DNA of 64,000 bases from Mobula hypostoma (taxonomy: Eukaryota). Location: contig NC_086097.1 of the NCBI RefSeq assembly GCF_963921235.1, forward strand, positions 248,436,001 to 248,500,000, given 5' to 3'. A program made the position numbers and the translations under genes. Positions 51,750 through 63,800 of the stretch are shown here, one piece after another (position 1 is the stretch's first letter; each line of letters opens with the position of its first letter). The notes below the pieces were generated by a model. It worked only from the letters and a program-made list of their open reading frames with translations, ran no database searches and was not told where the DNA came from.

Positions 51750-53431
51750 TCTGCTCTGATCCGAGGTCAGTTCGCAGGTTGATTGGCATCTGCGAACAGT
51801 TCGAGCTGGCGTCGGGGGCCAGGGTCAACTGCACGAAGAGCGAAGCCATGCCCTTCGGCAACTGGCACGCCCGATCCAGTCACCCCTTCACCATCAGGTC
51901 TGACCACGTGAAGGTGTTGGGGATCTGGTTCGGAGGGGCTGAGGCGTGCAACAAGAACTGGCGGGAGCGGACTGCCAAGGTGAAACAGAAACTGGGAACG
52001 TGGGGAGGGCGCTCCCTGTTGATAACGGGCAAGAGCCTGGTCATCAGGTGTGAGGTGCTCTCAGGGCTGCTGTACTTGGCGCAGGTGTGGCCCGTCCCCC
52101 ACTCCTGCAGCTCGGAATTCACCCGAGCCATCTTCAGATTCGTCTGGGGATCGAGGATGGAGCGAGTGAGACAGACCGTCATGCACAAGTCCCTGGACAA
52201 CGGGGGCAAGAACATCCCTAATGTCGCCCTCACCCTGATGGCCAGCTTCGTGTTGTGGCTGCATCAGGTTGTGCGTGGATCCCAGATACGTGGGCACAAA
52301 GTACTACTATGTGCCCAGGTTTTACCTGTCGCCCTGGCTACGAAGGATGGGTCTGGCCCCTTTCCCGCGCAACACCCCTGTCAGCTGGTCGTTTCCTCCT
52401 TACCTGTCCTTGGTGGAAAAATTCTTCAAGCCAACGCATTTGACCACAAGGCCATTAGACAGTGGTTGGCATGTAATGTCCTGCAGGCACTGCAGGAGAA
52501 GGACGAGATGGACACAGTGGGGTGGTTCCCTGAGCAGACCGTCCAGTTCATCTGGCAAAATGCCTTTCATCACCAGATCTCACCAACAGGCACAAAGACC
52601 TCGCTTGGCTGGCGGTGAGAGGGGCCCTCCCAGTCAGATCCCTCCTGTACGCCCGGAACGGTTCCTCCACACCCCACTGCCCATGGGAGGACTGTAATGG
52701 GATGGAGTCGGTGGCTCGCCTCTGCACATTGTGGGTTCGCGAAGAAGGTGTAGAAGAGAATAGAAGGGACAGTACTAAGATTCATGCCCAGCAGTTGCGT
52801 TACCGAGGTCTCCATGATCTACGGGCTGTTCCCGGGAACGCACACGGAGACAAACATCCGGTGCTGCTGGCAGATCCTTGATTCGGTGAAAGACGCGCTT
52901 TGGTCTGCCCGAAACTTGGTGGTCTGCCAGCACATGGAGATGTCGGTGACTGAATGCTGCCCACTGACTCACTCTCGCCTGCAGGAGTACGTGCTGAGGG
53001 ACGCACTCAAGCTTGGTGCGGCCACCGCGAAGGCCCGGTGCGGAAGGACCACAGTTTAAGGTTCATCACCCGTGGGAGTGGGAGGGGTTGGGTGGGGAGG
53101 AGACCTACCCTCATCAGCGGTGTGGACAGATAATCAACAGGGTGCCCAAGGAGTGGGTGGAATTGTTAATTTGGGAAAGCATTAGAGCCTTTGCCTGCCT
53201 TTATGGTTGATAATTTTATTGTTAATAAGTCTTAACTCTTGACCAAGGGTTGAGAGTAAATGAATGATTTATTGTAAACATCTTTTATTTGTAAATGAAC
53301 AGAGAGTCAACACATAGTTTTATTGTTAATAACTTTATTGAATAAGGACTCAGAGTCAACGAATGTTTTTTCTTAAATGTAAGTAACTATTTTGTAACAC
53401 TTCTGAATAAAGTATTTTTGGGGAAAAAAAA
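51750..53431 (+). mobile_element. Tx1/L1-clade LINE, 5'-truncated ORF2 C-terminus, 3' UTR and poly(A)
   Basis: FELASGARVNCTKSE, VKVLGIWF, IFRFVWG, Cys/His region, KDALWSARN; AATAAA at 53406-53411 followed by an A-tract. Confidence 0.88.
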
Positions 53432-54853
53432 ATCTACACAGATGGTTCAACATCCAGCGACAGGTTATTCAGGTATCTCTCTTTATGTTCATTAATTTCA
53501 TGTTGGACAATAAGTGAGGTTTCCTCTCTTTATGAATTGATAAGAGGAGAATTAGTTGTCCTTTTTTATTATATATTGCATATTTGCTTATTACTATGTA
53601 TGATTATGATAATATCTATTTCATCTTTTGTTTATATTGTTGCTGATGTACTTGTTTGAGATAATTCTCCCCTTGTCTGCATATATGTTTCCTCTAAATC
53701 AATGAAAAGATTAATAACGAAAGAAAAGATTTCTCATGCTGTGACTCAAAATGTAAACGTTCCTGTCGTTGTCTAGTTTTAAGCCAGTTAATATTTTACC
53801 TCTCTTTTGTTTCCTTCCATGATGAAGGGTCTCAGCCCGAAACGTCAGCTCTGCTCTTTGTCTTAGATGCTGCCTGGCCTGCTGCGTTTCTCCAGCATTT
53901 TCTGTGTGTTGTTTGAATTTACTTTTCCTTTCTTCTCCTTGAGGGACAAGAGTGCTGGAAACCATGACACATGATTGTGCACAAGACAACACAGATTTGA
54001 ACCAGAGATGAAGCTGAGAGTGACCACTACACAATTCAAGCCCAAGACAGCAAGTCCCGACTGCATTCAGTACTCCTCAGGTTAGTACCTCTGCATCCCT
54101 TCCACCTCACTGTGTTCACTCAATTACCACTCCCATTCCACCCCACAAACTGACTGAGCAATGGAGACTGTGTGAAACCACCTCTCTTATCACAGGACCA
54201 TTTCCATCCCGTGCATCCTGGGGTCAGAGGGTTCACTCATCCACTGCCAAATTTGTTTTTACGTTGATTTACTTCTCATTTTAAAAGTTTGCCATTTCTG
54301 TGTGCTGATGGGTGTTTGTCACCCGACCAGTTCTGCCCGAAATTCTTTGGTCTGATGGTTTCTTGGTACAATTTGACAATGGGTTCCCCGGTTAGACCTT
54401 CATGCCCATTCACCATGACCCCGCGTCGGGAACAGGAACCGACCCTGCTCCAGCTCCAGGCTCAGGTCAGCATTGCTCGGAGTTACCGTACTGGCACTGG
54501 AGAGGGCCCAGTCCATGTGGTCAATTCTTCCTAAGGCACCTGGGGCTCCACCCTGACACCGAGTCATTTAATGTGATTAGCAAAAGCTGCAGCCCTTTAC
54601 TTCCACCCTGCCCCTGATGCATGGGGAATAAATATACCAGTAGGGTTGTTTACAAAAGACTTGTTTGGTGTTGCCAAATGCTCTGGTCATGTCTGCTGAC
54701 CATTCAAACATGTGATTATGGGCGTTAAATTAAGGGAGCAAGCATAAGTTCAACAGATCTTGGAATGAAAAGGTCCAGTATTTTTGTGGGGTGGGGGTGC
54801 AGTGGAAAGTCCATCATAACAGTGACTTTTGATGGTGGGGTGGCAGACCATCT
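53432..54853 (+). repeat. Direct repeat copy A'
   Basis: Starts immediately at the Tx1 poly(A) and continues into Gypsy RT sequence. Confidence 0.93.
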
Positions 54854-55575
54854 GCACAGATACAGTGGCTGAGAAAGTCAAGGATAGACAATCTGAACTG
54901 GTATTTGATGGGGTTAATAATCAGCCCACAATGGCTGAAGCAATAGAAAAGTATGTGGAGATGTGATAAGTGTTCGGTTTTGGATGCGCTGGTGACAGGT
55001 ACAGTACTGTGTAAAAGTCTTAGACACATGTATCTGTAGCAATGGTGCTCAGACTCTTGCTCAGTACTGTATATTATCTCTTTCCAGTCACAGCTTAATA
55101 CCACTTCATACTCCTGAGCTGGTACAAAGCTAAGCACTCTTCTTTCTGTTTCCCAGCCACCTCCTATTTTAATGAATTTACAGAATTGCGCAGAAGTTTC
55201 CGGCACCCTTGCGACATATATGTGCCTTTTGCACAGTGCTGTGTGTTGTCCAGGTGAACAAAAAGATAATCTGTCAGTGTTTTAGCTCACAGTCCATGAG
55301 TTGCTGGGAAGTCTGTGCTGCATTTTTCTCCCAAAGGGCATGCACAGAAACTCAAACAGCCCAAATGGGGTGATAACAGCATCTTTGGGAATATGGTGAG
55401 AGCACCCAGGTACCTGATGATAAACTCTGACCGAATACACTTTAGAAAAAATTATCTTTCTGGCTAAATTTACCGAAAAGTCTTGAATATGTGGGACTGG
55501 GTAATGATCAGGGGTAATGGCCTATTTAGAGATCGGCAGGGATGTCATTATCGGCTTCACTGAGTTCGTTGCTGA
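54790..55575 (-). mobile_element. Second Gypsy RT relic
   Basis: AVITPFGLFEFLCMPFG-like sequence (about 55335-55380) and HLSHLHILF...GLIINPIKYQF...LDFLSH. Confidence 0.7.
55002..55241. mobile_element. Tc1-type MITE inside the Gypsy relic
   Basis: TIRs cagtactgtgtaaaag / cttttgcacagtgctg, preceded by TA. Confidence 0.65.
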
Positions 55576-55589
55576 AAGATCATCGTTGG

Positions 55590-57100
55590 GTGCTTCACAT
55601 CCAAGGATACAGATTGTGTTGAAAGGACAGGCAGAGGGAGTGGGGAGGCATTATTGTTAAAAAAAAAATCTAATCCTTATAGAGAGATGACATAGGAATA
55701 GAAGTTGCAGAAAATCTGGGGTGGGGCGCGTTGGTAGAGCTAGGAAACTGCCAGGTCTCTGATGGGAGTTTATACAGGCTCCCAAACAGTAGCCAGAATG
55801 TGGGATATAAATTGCAATGAGAGATAGAAAAGGAAAGTCTATGATGTAGCGAGCTGGTGTTCAGTGAATGGGAGGGTAATGAGGATTGTGGAAGAACAAA
55901 GGAATCTGGCTTTGCAGATAATACAAAGGTAGATGGAAGGGCAAGTATTTGACAGCAAGCAGGGTGCCTGCAGAAGTACTTGGACAGATTGAGAGAAAAG
56001 GCAAAGAAGTAGTAGATGGAATATACTGTAGGGAAGTGTAGGGTCATGCACTTCAGTAGAAGGAATTAAGGTGTCATCTATTTTAAAATTTTAAAAATTA
56101 GAGGGGTAAAGGTCCTTGGAAGCACTTCTGCAGGATTCCGTAAAGGTTAACTCGAAGTTTGAGTCGATTATTACGAAGGCAACTGCAATGTTGGCATTCA
56201 TTTCAAGTGGACTAGAATATAAAAGGAAAGATGTATACTGAGGCTTTATATGGCATTGGTCAGACCAAATTTGGAGTATTGTGTGCATGTTTGGGCCGCT
56301 TTTCTGAGAAATGATGTGCTGGCATTAGAGAGTTTCCAGAGAAGGTTCACGAGATTGATCCAGCAATGAAAGGGTTAACATATGAGGAGCGTTTCATGGC
56401 TCTGGACTCGTACTCGCGAGATGATGGTGGATCTCATAGAAACCTATTGAATATCGAAAGGTCTAGATAGAATGGACATGAAAAGGATATTTTGTATACC
56501 TTCTGATCTAGGGCCAGAGGGCATCCATTTAGACTAGAGATAAGGAGGAATTTCTTTAGTAACAGGATGGTGAATCTGTGGAATTCATTGCCACGGATGG
56601 CTGTGGACACCAAGTCATTGAGGATATTTAAAATGGAAGTTGATTGGTTCTTGCTTAGCCAAGGCATGAAAGGTTCCAGGGAGAAGAGAGTACAGTGTGG
56701 TTGCCAGGGATACACAATCAGCCATGATGGAATGACAGACTCAAGGTGCTGAGTTGCCTAATTCTGTTCCTATGTCTTTTGGTCTTATGGTCTAATTGAT
56801 GAAGACATTAGTGAGGCCTCACCTGGAGTATTGTATTCAGATTTGCTTGCTCTGCTACGGGAAAGATGCCGTCCAGCTGCAAAGAGTGCGGAGGAGATTT
56901 ACGAGACTGTTGTCAGCACTTGAAGGACTGAGTTATGGACAGAGTTTGGGCAGGTTGGGAGTGCACAAGTTTAAGGAAAAAGAAGAAATTTAATCAGGAC
57001 ACAGGAGAAAATTATTCACACAGCAGACACTCAGACAGGTACATGAATAAGAATGGTTTCGAGGGATACGGGACAAATGCAGGCAGATGGGACTGGTTCA
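55590..57100 (+). mobile_element. Highly decayed CR1 fragments
   Basis: VNLWNSLP (56567..56752) and [11 protein letters not shown] (56796..56993). Confidence 0.75.
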
Positions 57101-57809
57101 GAATAGGATGCCACCAACACCACTTCCCCATTCCCTCTGCTCCCTCCCCGTCCATTACCCTGTCCCCTCCAGGCTATTCAAACCAGCTGACGCAATTTGC
57201 TCAAAGATAGTGTTGTCATCAACAGGTCCATCTAGATTAAGTCCTGTGATTGGCCTGGGGAGATTCAGATCATCAACTGACCCTTCCAGACTGGAGTCCT
57301 GATTGGCTCCAGGACAATGACAACACTGACGACCACGCCCTTGGCTGTGATGGGTTCCACCAATGTCCATACTGTCTCCTGGCCTTTCACCGTGGTGATC
57401 GACTCCTCTTCTGCTCTCACCTATCGGTGTTTCTCCAGCAAGAGCATCATCTACTGGCTGCAGTGGACTGCCATCGTCCATTGGCTCACCTCCACATCAT
57501 CACCCAGTGTCTTCACTGATTGGTCCACATGAGGAACTCCAGTGGGTGACTTCACTGGGCACATCATTGAACTACAGCACAACAATTTCATTATATGGCA
57601 TCAAGTATGGGATCTTCACAGATCCAGTGGTCATTGATAGACAACAGAACGTCAAGTCTGATTGTCTTGATGACTAATTTCAGCTCTGTCTCAACCAATC
57701 AGCTGAAGAACAGCTCAGATCTACCCGAGCTGATTTTTTTGTTGTCCGATGAGTGGCTGATCAATCCCAGAGCACCTCTCAGTAGCTCCACAAGTGACAC
57801 CATATTTTT

Positions 57810-59650
57810 GGCCCCCAGCCTCACCCTACCCTTCCTCCTCACCTCTCCATTCCCACCCTCAGGTTCACCCTGCCCCATGTCCTGGCTGTCCTCACTGTGA
57901 CTGTCTGGTTCCTCCAGTGAGGGAGCACCTCCCTCTTCGTCCCCGACCGATTCCCCACCCTCCCTTCCATCCCTCCCCCACACATGTCTCCCCTCCCTCT
58001 CTCCCCTCACCTTTTCCTTCCAGCTCCATGCCCCACCTCTTCCCTTCCCTCTGCTATACACATACACCTCCCTCCCATTTCCTCCCTCCCCCTCCCACAC
58101 ACTTCCCCATCTACCTCCCCACCTTCCCCCCTAGGACCTTGTCAGGGAGCCCTCCCTTCATCCTCCTCCTGCCCATTCCTCCCCACTCCCCTTCCCTCTC
58201 CCCTCCCCAAACCTCTCCCCCCTCCCTCCCCATCTCCTCTAACCCTTTCCTCCCTGCTCCTCCCCTTCCCCTCCACTCCACCACTCCCTCCCTATTCCTC
58301 ACCCTCCCCATTTCCCACCCCTTCCCCTCCCATCCTCCTCCTTTCTCTCCCTCTCTCTCTATCCCTCCTGCCTCTGCTCGTACCTCACCTCAATTCCCTC
58401 TTCCCAACCTCTCACCTTCCTTCCCTCCCCTACCCTCCATCCCCTCAATTGTATGTGTCTTTGTGTTAAGTGTGTGTGAGAGAGAACTACCCTCCCCACT
58501 TCCCCCTCCTCCCTCCATCTCCACTGCATTCCCCACCCCTCTGATTCCTCCCCATCCCCTCCAGCCTTATCTGCACCCTCCCCTCTCTCTCACACACCTG
58601 CAAACACACATACAGTTGGGGTGATGGATGGAGGGGGTGGGGGGCAGAGAGGGTGGAAGAGGGGGAGTGAGGAGGAGGAGCGGGAAGGAGGTGAGAGGAA
58701 GTAGTAGGTTGAGGGGGAGGGTGAGTGAGGAAACAGGAGGGGAAGGGGTAGGTTGGGGGGAGGGTGGGTGAGGAAACAGGAGGGGAAGGGGTAGGTTGAG
58801 GGGGAGGGTGGGTGAAGGAACAGGAGGGGAAGGGGTAGGTTGAGGGTGAGGGTGGGTGTGGAAACAGGAGGGGAAGGGGTAGGTTGAGGGGGAGAGTGGG
58901 TGAAGGAACAAGAGAGGAAGGGGTAGGTTGAGGGGGAGGGTGGGTGAGGAAACGGGAGGGGAAGGGGTAGGTTGAGGGGGAGGAGAGTGGGTGAAGGAAC
59001 AGGAGAGAAAGCGGTAAGTTGAGGGGGAGTGTGGGTGAGGAAACAGGAGGGGAAGGGGTAGGTTAAGGGTGAGGGCGGGTGAGGAAACAGGAGGGGAAGG
59101 GGTAGGTTGAGGTGGAGGGTGGGTGAGGAAACAGGAGGGGAAGGCTAGTGGGACTGAGTAGGAGGATGGTAGGAATGGGAGGGGGAAGAAGAGGGTTGAA
59201 GAGAGGGTGAGGAAAAGGGCAGGAGCAGGAGTGTTGCTGTGGAGGTGGAGTGAGGGAGAAGAAGTAAAGGGAGAGGGGAAGTGGAGGGTTGAGGGGAGAT
59301 GGAGGGGCAAGGAAGGTGGAAGGTTGGGAGTGGGATCGGAGGAAGATGAGGGAGGCAGAGGGGAAGGAGGAAGGGTGGAGGGGTTGGAGGAGAATGGGAA
59401 GGGGAGGGTTGAGGGTAAGGGAGGGGCAGGGGAATGTGGTGGTGAGGGGGCAGGGGAAGGAATAGGGACGGATGGAGGAGAGGAGGGTGAGGGGGTTGGG
59501 GTGGGGAGGGGAGGGGAGGGGGAGGTGGGGGATGGGTGGGTGGGGAGGGGAGGGTAGAGGGAGGGGGACTGAGGACGAGTGGGTGGGAGGAAGATGGAGG
59601 GAGGGTTCCCCCATGAGGTCCCAGACACCCCCCATACCCCACCCCAGCCC
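57810..59650. repeat. Low-complexity polypyrimidine tract (57810-58590) followed by a polypurine tract (58620-59610)
   Basis: Direct base composition; the Pro-rich and Gly/Glu-rich ORFs here are by-products. Confidence 0.9.
58700..59145 (+). repeat. 44-bp G-rich minisatellite, about 10 copies
   Basis: Unit GGGTGAGGAAACAGGAGGGGAAGGGGTAGGTTGAGGGGGAGGGT with variants. Confidence 0.88.
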
Positions 59651-59973
59651 AGACCATCCCCCTCTGGAATCGGCCCCATTCCCTGCCCGGGGCTGGGGGT
59701 GAACGTTGAGCTGCTGAACCTGCAAGAAAATGGATCGTCTGATAGATTATGGTTCATGTACTTGGAAAATAAATTTACTTTGAAATTCAACTTTGAAATC
59801 TGTTGTTTGTAAAACATGTACTGATGAGAAATGGTGTCAATGAATGTCTGAGAGTGGAAAACAGTGGTGTTCAGTCCCACTGCCCCTTGCCAGTCAAGAA
59901 CCCCCACCTGAGTCTGTTCCATCTGCCTGTCTTGACCCATCTCTCTCTGAAGTTTCCTCTCCGCCCTGTCTAA

Positions 59974-60827
59974 TCAAGCACATGTCAACCTCTGTTTTAA
60001 ATATAGCCAACTGTGCCAATGAATTGCTCAGATTCATCACCCTCTGGGTAAAGAAATTCCACCTCATCTCTATAAATGAATGCCCTCTGTTGTTAGACAG
60101 TTTGTCCCTGGGGTGAGGAGGGCTGTGTTGCGGGAAAGGTACCAGCTATCAATCTATGCCCCTCGTAATCTTATCACACATTATCATACTCCCCTCAGCT
60201 CCGCCACTCCTTAGAAAATACCCCAGTTTGTTTGGCCTCTCCTTAAACAGTAACTTATGCCTTTAATCCAGACTGCATCCTGTGAACCTCTTCTGCACCC
60301 TGTCCAATGTATCACTGTTACAGTGGGTCAACGGCAATGACAGATTCATCCAAGAGGAGCTGGCCAAAGTTGACAGGAATGGGACACTAGCCAGAATGAC
60401 AGCAGAGCAGCAATGACTGGAGTTTTTGGGGCAATTTAGAAGGTGGAGGGCAGATGCGTCCCAAAGATGAAGTATTCTAAAGGGAGGATGAGGCAAGCGT
60501 GGCTGACAAGGGAAGTCAGAGACAGCATTGAATCAAAAAGGAGGGCATAGAGTAGTAACAGAAACGAGAGGGAAGCCGAATGATTGGGAAGCTTTACAAA
60601 CCAACAAAAGCCAGTGAAAAACAATGAGAGAAAAGATGAAATCTGAAGGTAAGCCAGCCAATAATATTAAAGAGGCTGCCGAAAGCTTTTCTTCCAGAGG
60701 TAGAAAGAGTAAAATTAAGGCAGAGTGCTCATAGAGTGCTGGAAATGACACTGGAGAGGTAGTAATGGGAAAAAAGGAATGGTGAACAAACTGAATAAGA
60801 ATTTTGCCAGCGAGGGGGAGAAGTGAG
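59974..60827 (+). repeat. Duplicated block Y'
   Basis: Matches 45110-45722 and has an extra 246 bp (60045-60290). Confidence 0.9.
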
Positions 60828-60882
60828 TATCATGCTTTCTGCTCCAACGCCCATACATCTGGGAATGTGGGAAGAAGCTGAA

Positions 60883-63800
60883 TCATAGAACATAGAATAG
60901 TACAGCACAGTACAGGCCCTTCGGCCCACTATGTTGTGCCGACCCTTAAACCCTGCCTCCCATATAACCCCCCCACCTTAAATTCCTCCATATACCTGCC
61001 TAGTAGTCTCTTAAACTTCACTAGTGTATCTGCCTCCACCACTTACTCAGGCAGTGCATTCCACGCACCAACCACTCTCTGAGTAAAAAACCTTCCTCTA
61101 ATATCCCCCTTGAACTTCCCACCCCTTACCTTAAAGCCACGTCCTCTTGTATTGAGCAGTGGTGCCCTGGGAAAGAGGCGCTGGCTATCCACTCTATCTA
61201 TTCCTCTTATTATCTTGTACACCTCTATCATGCCTACTGTCATCCTCATTCTCTCCAAAGAGTAAAGCCCTATCTAAAATGTTTTTGCATTTTTAAAATC
61301 TATTCAATATACCTATACTGTAATTGATTTACAGTACTTGTTTATTATTATTATTTTTATTTTATTATTTTTTTCTTCTCTTCTACATTATGTATTGCAT
61401 TGAACTGCTGCTGCTAAGTTAACAAATTTCACACCACATGCCGCTGATAATAAACCTGATTCTGAAGTAAAAAAAAATAGAAAACACAAGGGCAATGCAA
61501 CCTTTTGTTTATTAAAAATAATTAATTATAGACAAGAAAATACTGGAATTCATCATTTTATTGAATAGTTTATCAGTTTGAACTCGTCAGTTTTATGGGG
61601 AAAAATAAGATATTGCTAAAAAAAATACATCAAATGAAATATTCAAACAAAATCATATTTTCACCCCAAATCTCTAAACGGTACGGGATTAAAACAATAA
61701 TTCAAAGTTATTTATACATATTCAATAATTAGAGATTCCAATACAAATCACACTTCATCCAGAAATCTCAAATTCAATCCAGTCACTTGCTGAAAACACT
61801 TATACACAATCTGACTCTGTAAAAACAAGGGAATTTCTTAAAAATAGCCAAATCCAAAAGTAATCACTCCTGAACAAAAGTGATTTAAAACCACATATAT
61901 AACTCAAATTCCCTTACCCATGATTTTCCACATCTTTATATAGGCCATTGTTACAAATAAAACTAATCCAAAATCAAAACAAAATAAATACCATTAGCCT
62001 GTGACCACTACAGGCTTGTTATACTTGCATGATGCACCCTCAGCTCCAATGAAATGATTGTTCCAGAGTCAGAACCCCTATTAGCAATTAGCAAACACAC
62101 AATCTTGAAGTGATCAGCAAAGATTTGACCTCTGCTAATCGCAAGCCACAAGCTGCCACAAAATAAAGCAATACATAATTTACTACTTTCACTTTTACCA
62201 CACCCCCACTAATGTGACTCGTTACCATAATAAACCCTGCAGCACAGAATACGAAGCAGACAGAGAACAGACATGGCTCCTACACAAGTCCAAAGATCAG
62301 ATCATCCACAGTTTGGACCACTGAATTGAGCAAGGTTTAGTAACCAAGTCTAACGTGTTCTTATGAGCACATTTTGACTTCTGTTCCTAATGTGGAAGTA
62401 TTTGGGAGTTTGATATATATTGGCACAACTTTATCTAATTATAAATACTTCTTGGTTGCATTTTGATATGGTTATTGCTGAAATTGAAATCCATCTGCAC
62501 GTCCCATTATTTTTATACCAGAAAACACAAAGGCCCATCACCTTAACCAAAGGAAGAACAAAACCAAGAGAAAATCCGCAGATGTTGGAAATCAAAGTAA
62601 AACACACAAAATGCTGGAAGAACTCAGCAGGCCAGGCAGCATCTATGGAAAAGTGTAAACATTTTGTGCTGAGATTCTTCATCAGGACTGGCAAAAGAGA
62701 TGAGAAGTGCGAGTTAGAAGATTGGGAGAGAGGAGCAGGAAGCACAAGGGGATAGGTGAAACTGGGAGGGGGAGGGGTGAAATCAAGAGCTGGAGGTCGA
62801 CTGGTGGAAGAGATAAAGGTCTACAGGAGGAATTTGATAGGAAAGGATAGAAGGCCGTGGAAGAAAGGGAAGAGGGAGGAGGATCAGTGGGAGGTGATGG
62901 GCAGGTAAGGAGATAAGGTGAGAGAGGGAAATGGGGAATGGGGAAGGAGAGGGCAATGACTGGAAGTTCGAGAAATCAATGTTCATGTCATCAGATTGGA
63001 GACTATCCAGATGGGAGACAAGGTGTTACTCCTCCATCCTGACTGCAGCCTCATCATGGCAGTAGGACAGGCCATGGACTCCCAGGACAGTCAGAATGGG
63101 AATGGGAGTTACTTCATTTACGTACTTACCATATTTTTAATTGGCACACCTGGCCATATACATCTCCTTTCTCTCCTCTATTCAGGGCCCAAACAGTCCT
63201 TCCAGGTGAGGCAACACTTCACCTGTGAGTCTGCTGGGGTCATCTGTTGTGCTCCTGATGAGGCCTCCTCTACATTGGTCAGACCTGAGGTAAATTGGGA
63301 GGATGCTTCATCAAGCACCTCCTCATCATTCGTGACAAGTGGAACTTCCCAGTGGCCAAACATTTTACTTCCCATTCCCATTCCCATTCCGATGTCAATT
63401 TATGGCACCCTTTTGCGCCAAGAAGAGGCCACCCTCAAGGTGGAGGAACAACACCTCATATTCTGTCCGGGTACCCTCCAACCTGATGGCATGAATTTTG
63501 ATTTCGCCTTCCGGTGAACAAAATTTCCCCCTCTTTCCTCGATTCCACACTCTGACCTTCTCACCTGCCTATTACTTTCCCCTGGATGCCCGCCTCCTTC
63601 CCTTTCTCCTATTGTCCACTCTCCTCTCCTATCAAATTCTTTCTTCTCCAGTCCTTGACCTTTCCCACCCACCTGGATTCACCAATTACCTTCCAGCTCG
63701 TTGCCTTCCCCTCTTCCCACCTTTTCATTCTAGCTTTTCCCCCCTTCTCACTCTTGATAAACGGTCTCAGCCCAAAATCTAGACTGATTCTTTCCTATAG

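Noticed and set aside
55232..55266. CACAGTG...ACAAAAAGA as a V(D)J recombination signal
   Set aside because: The spacer is 19 nt (not 12 or 23), the heptamer is part of a MITE TIR, and no V segment is adjacent.
57794..59940. Long Pro-rich ORFs (276 aa, 457 aa and others)
   Set aside because: By-products of stop-poor low-complexity and minisatellite DNA; open in several frames at once.
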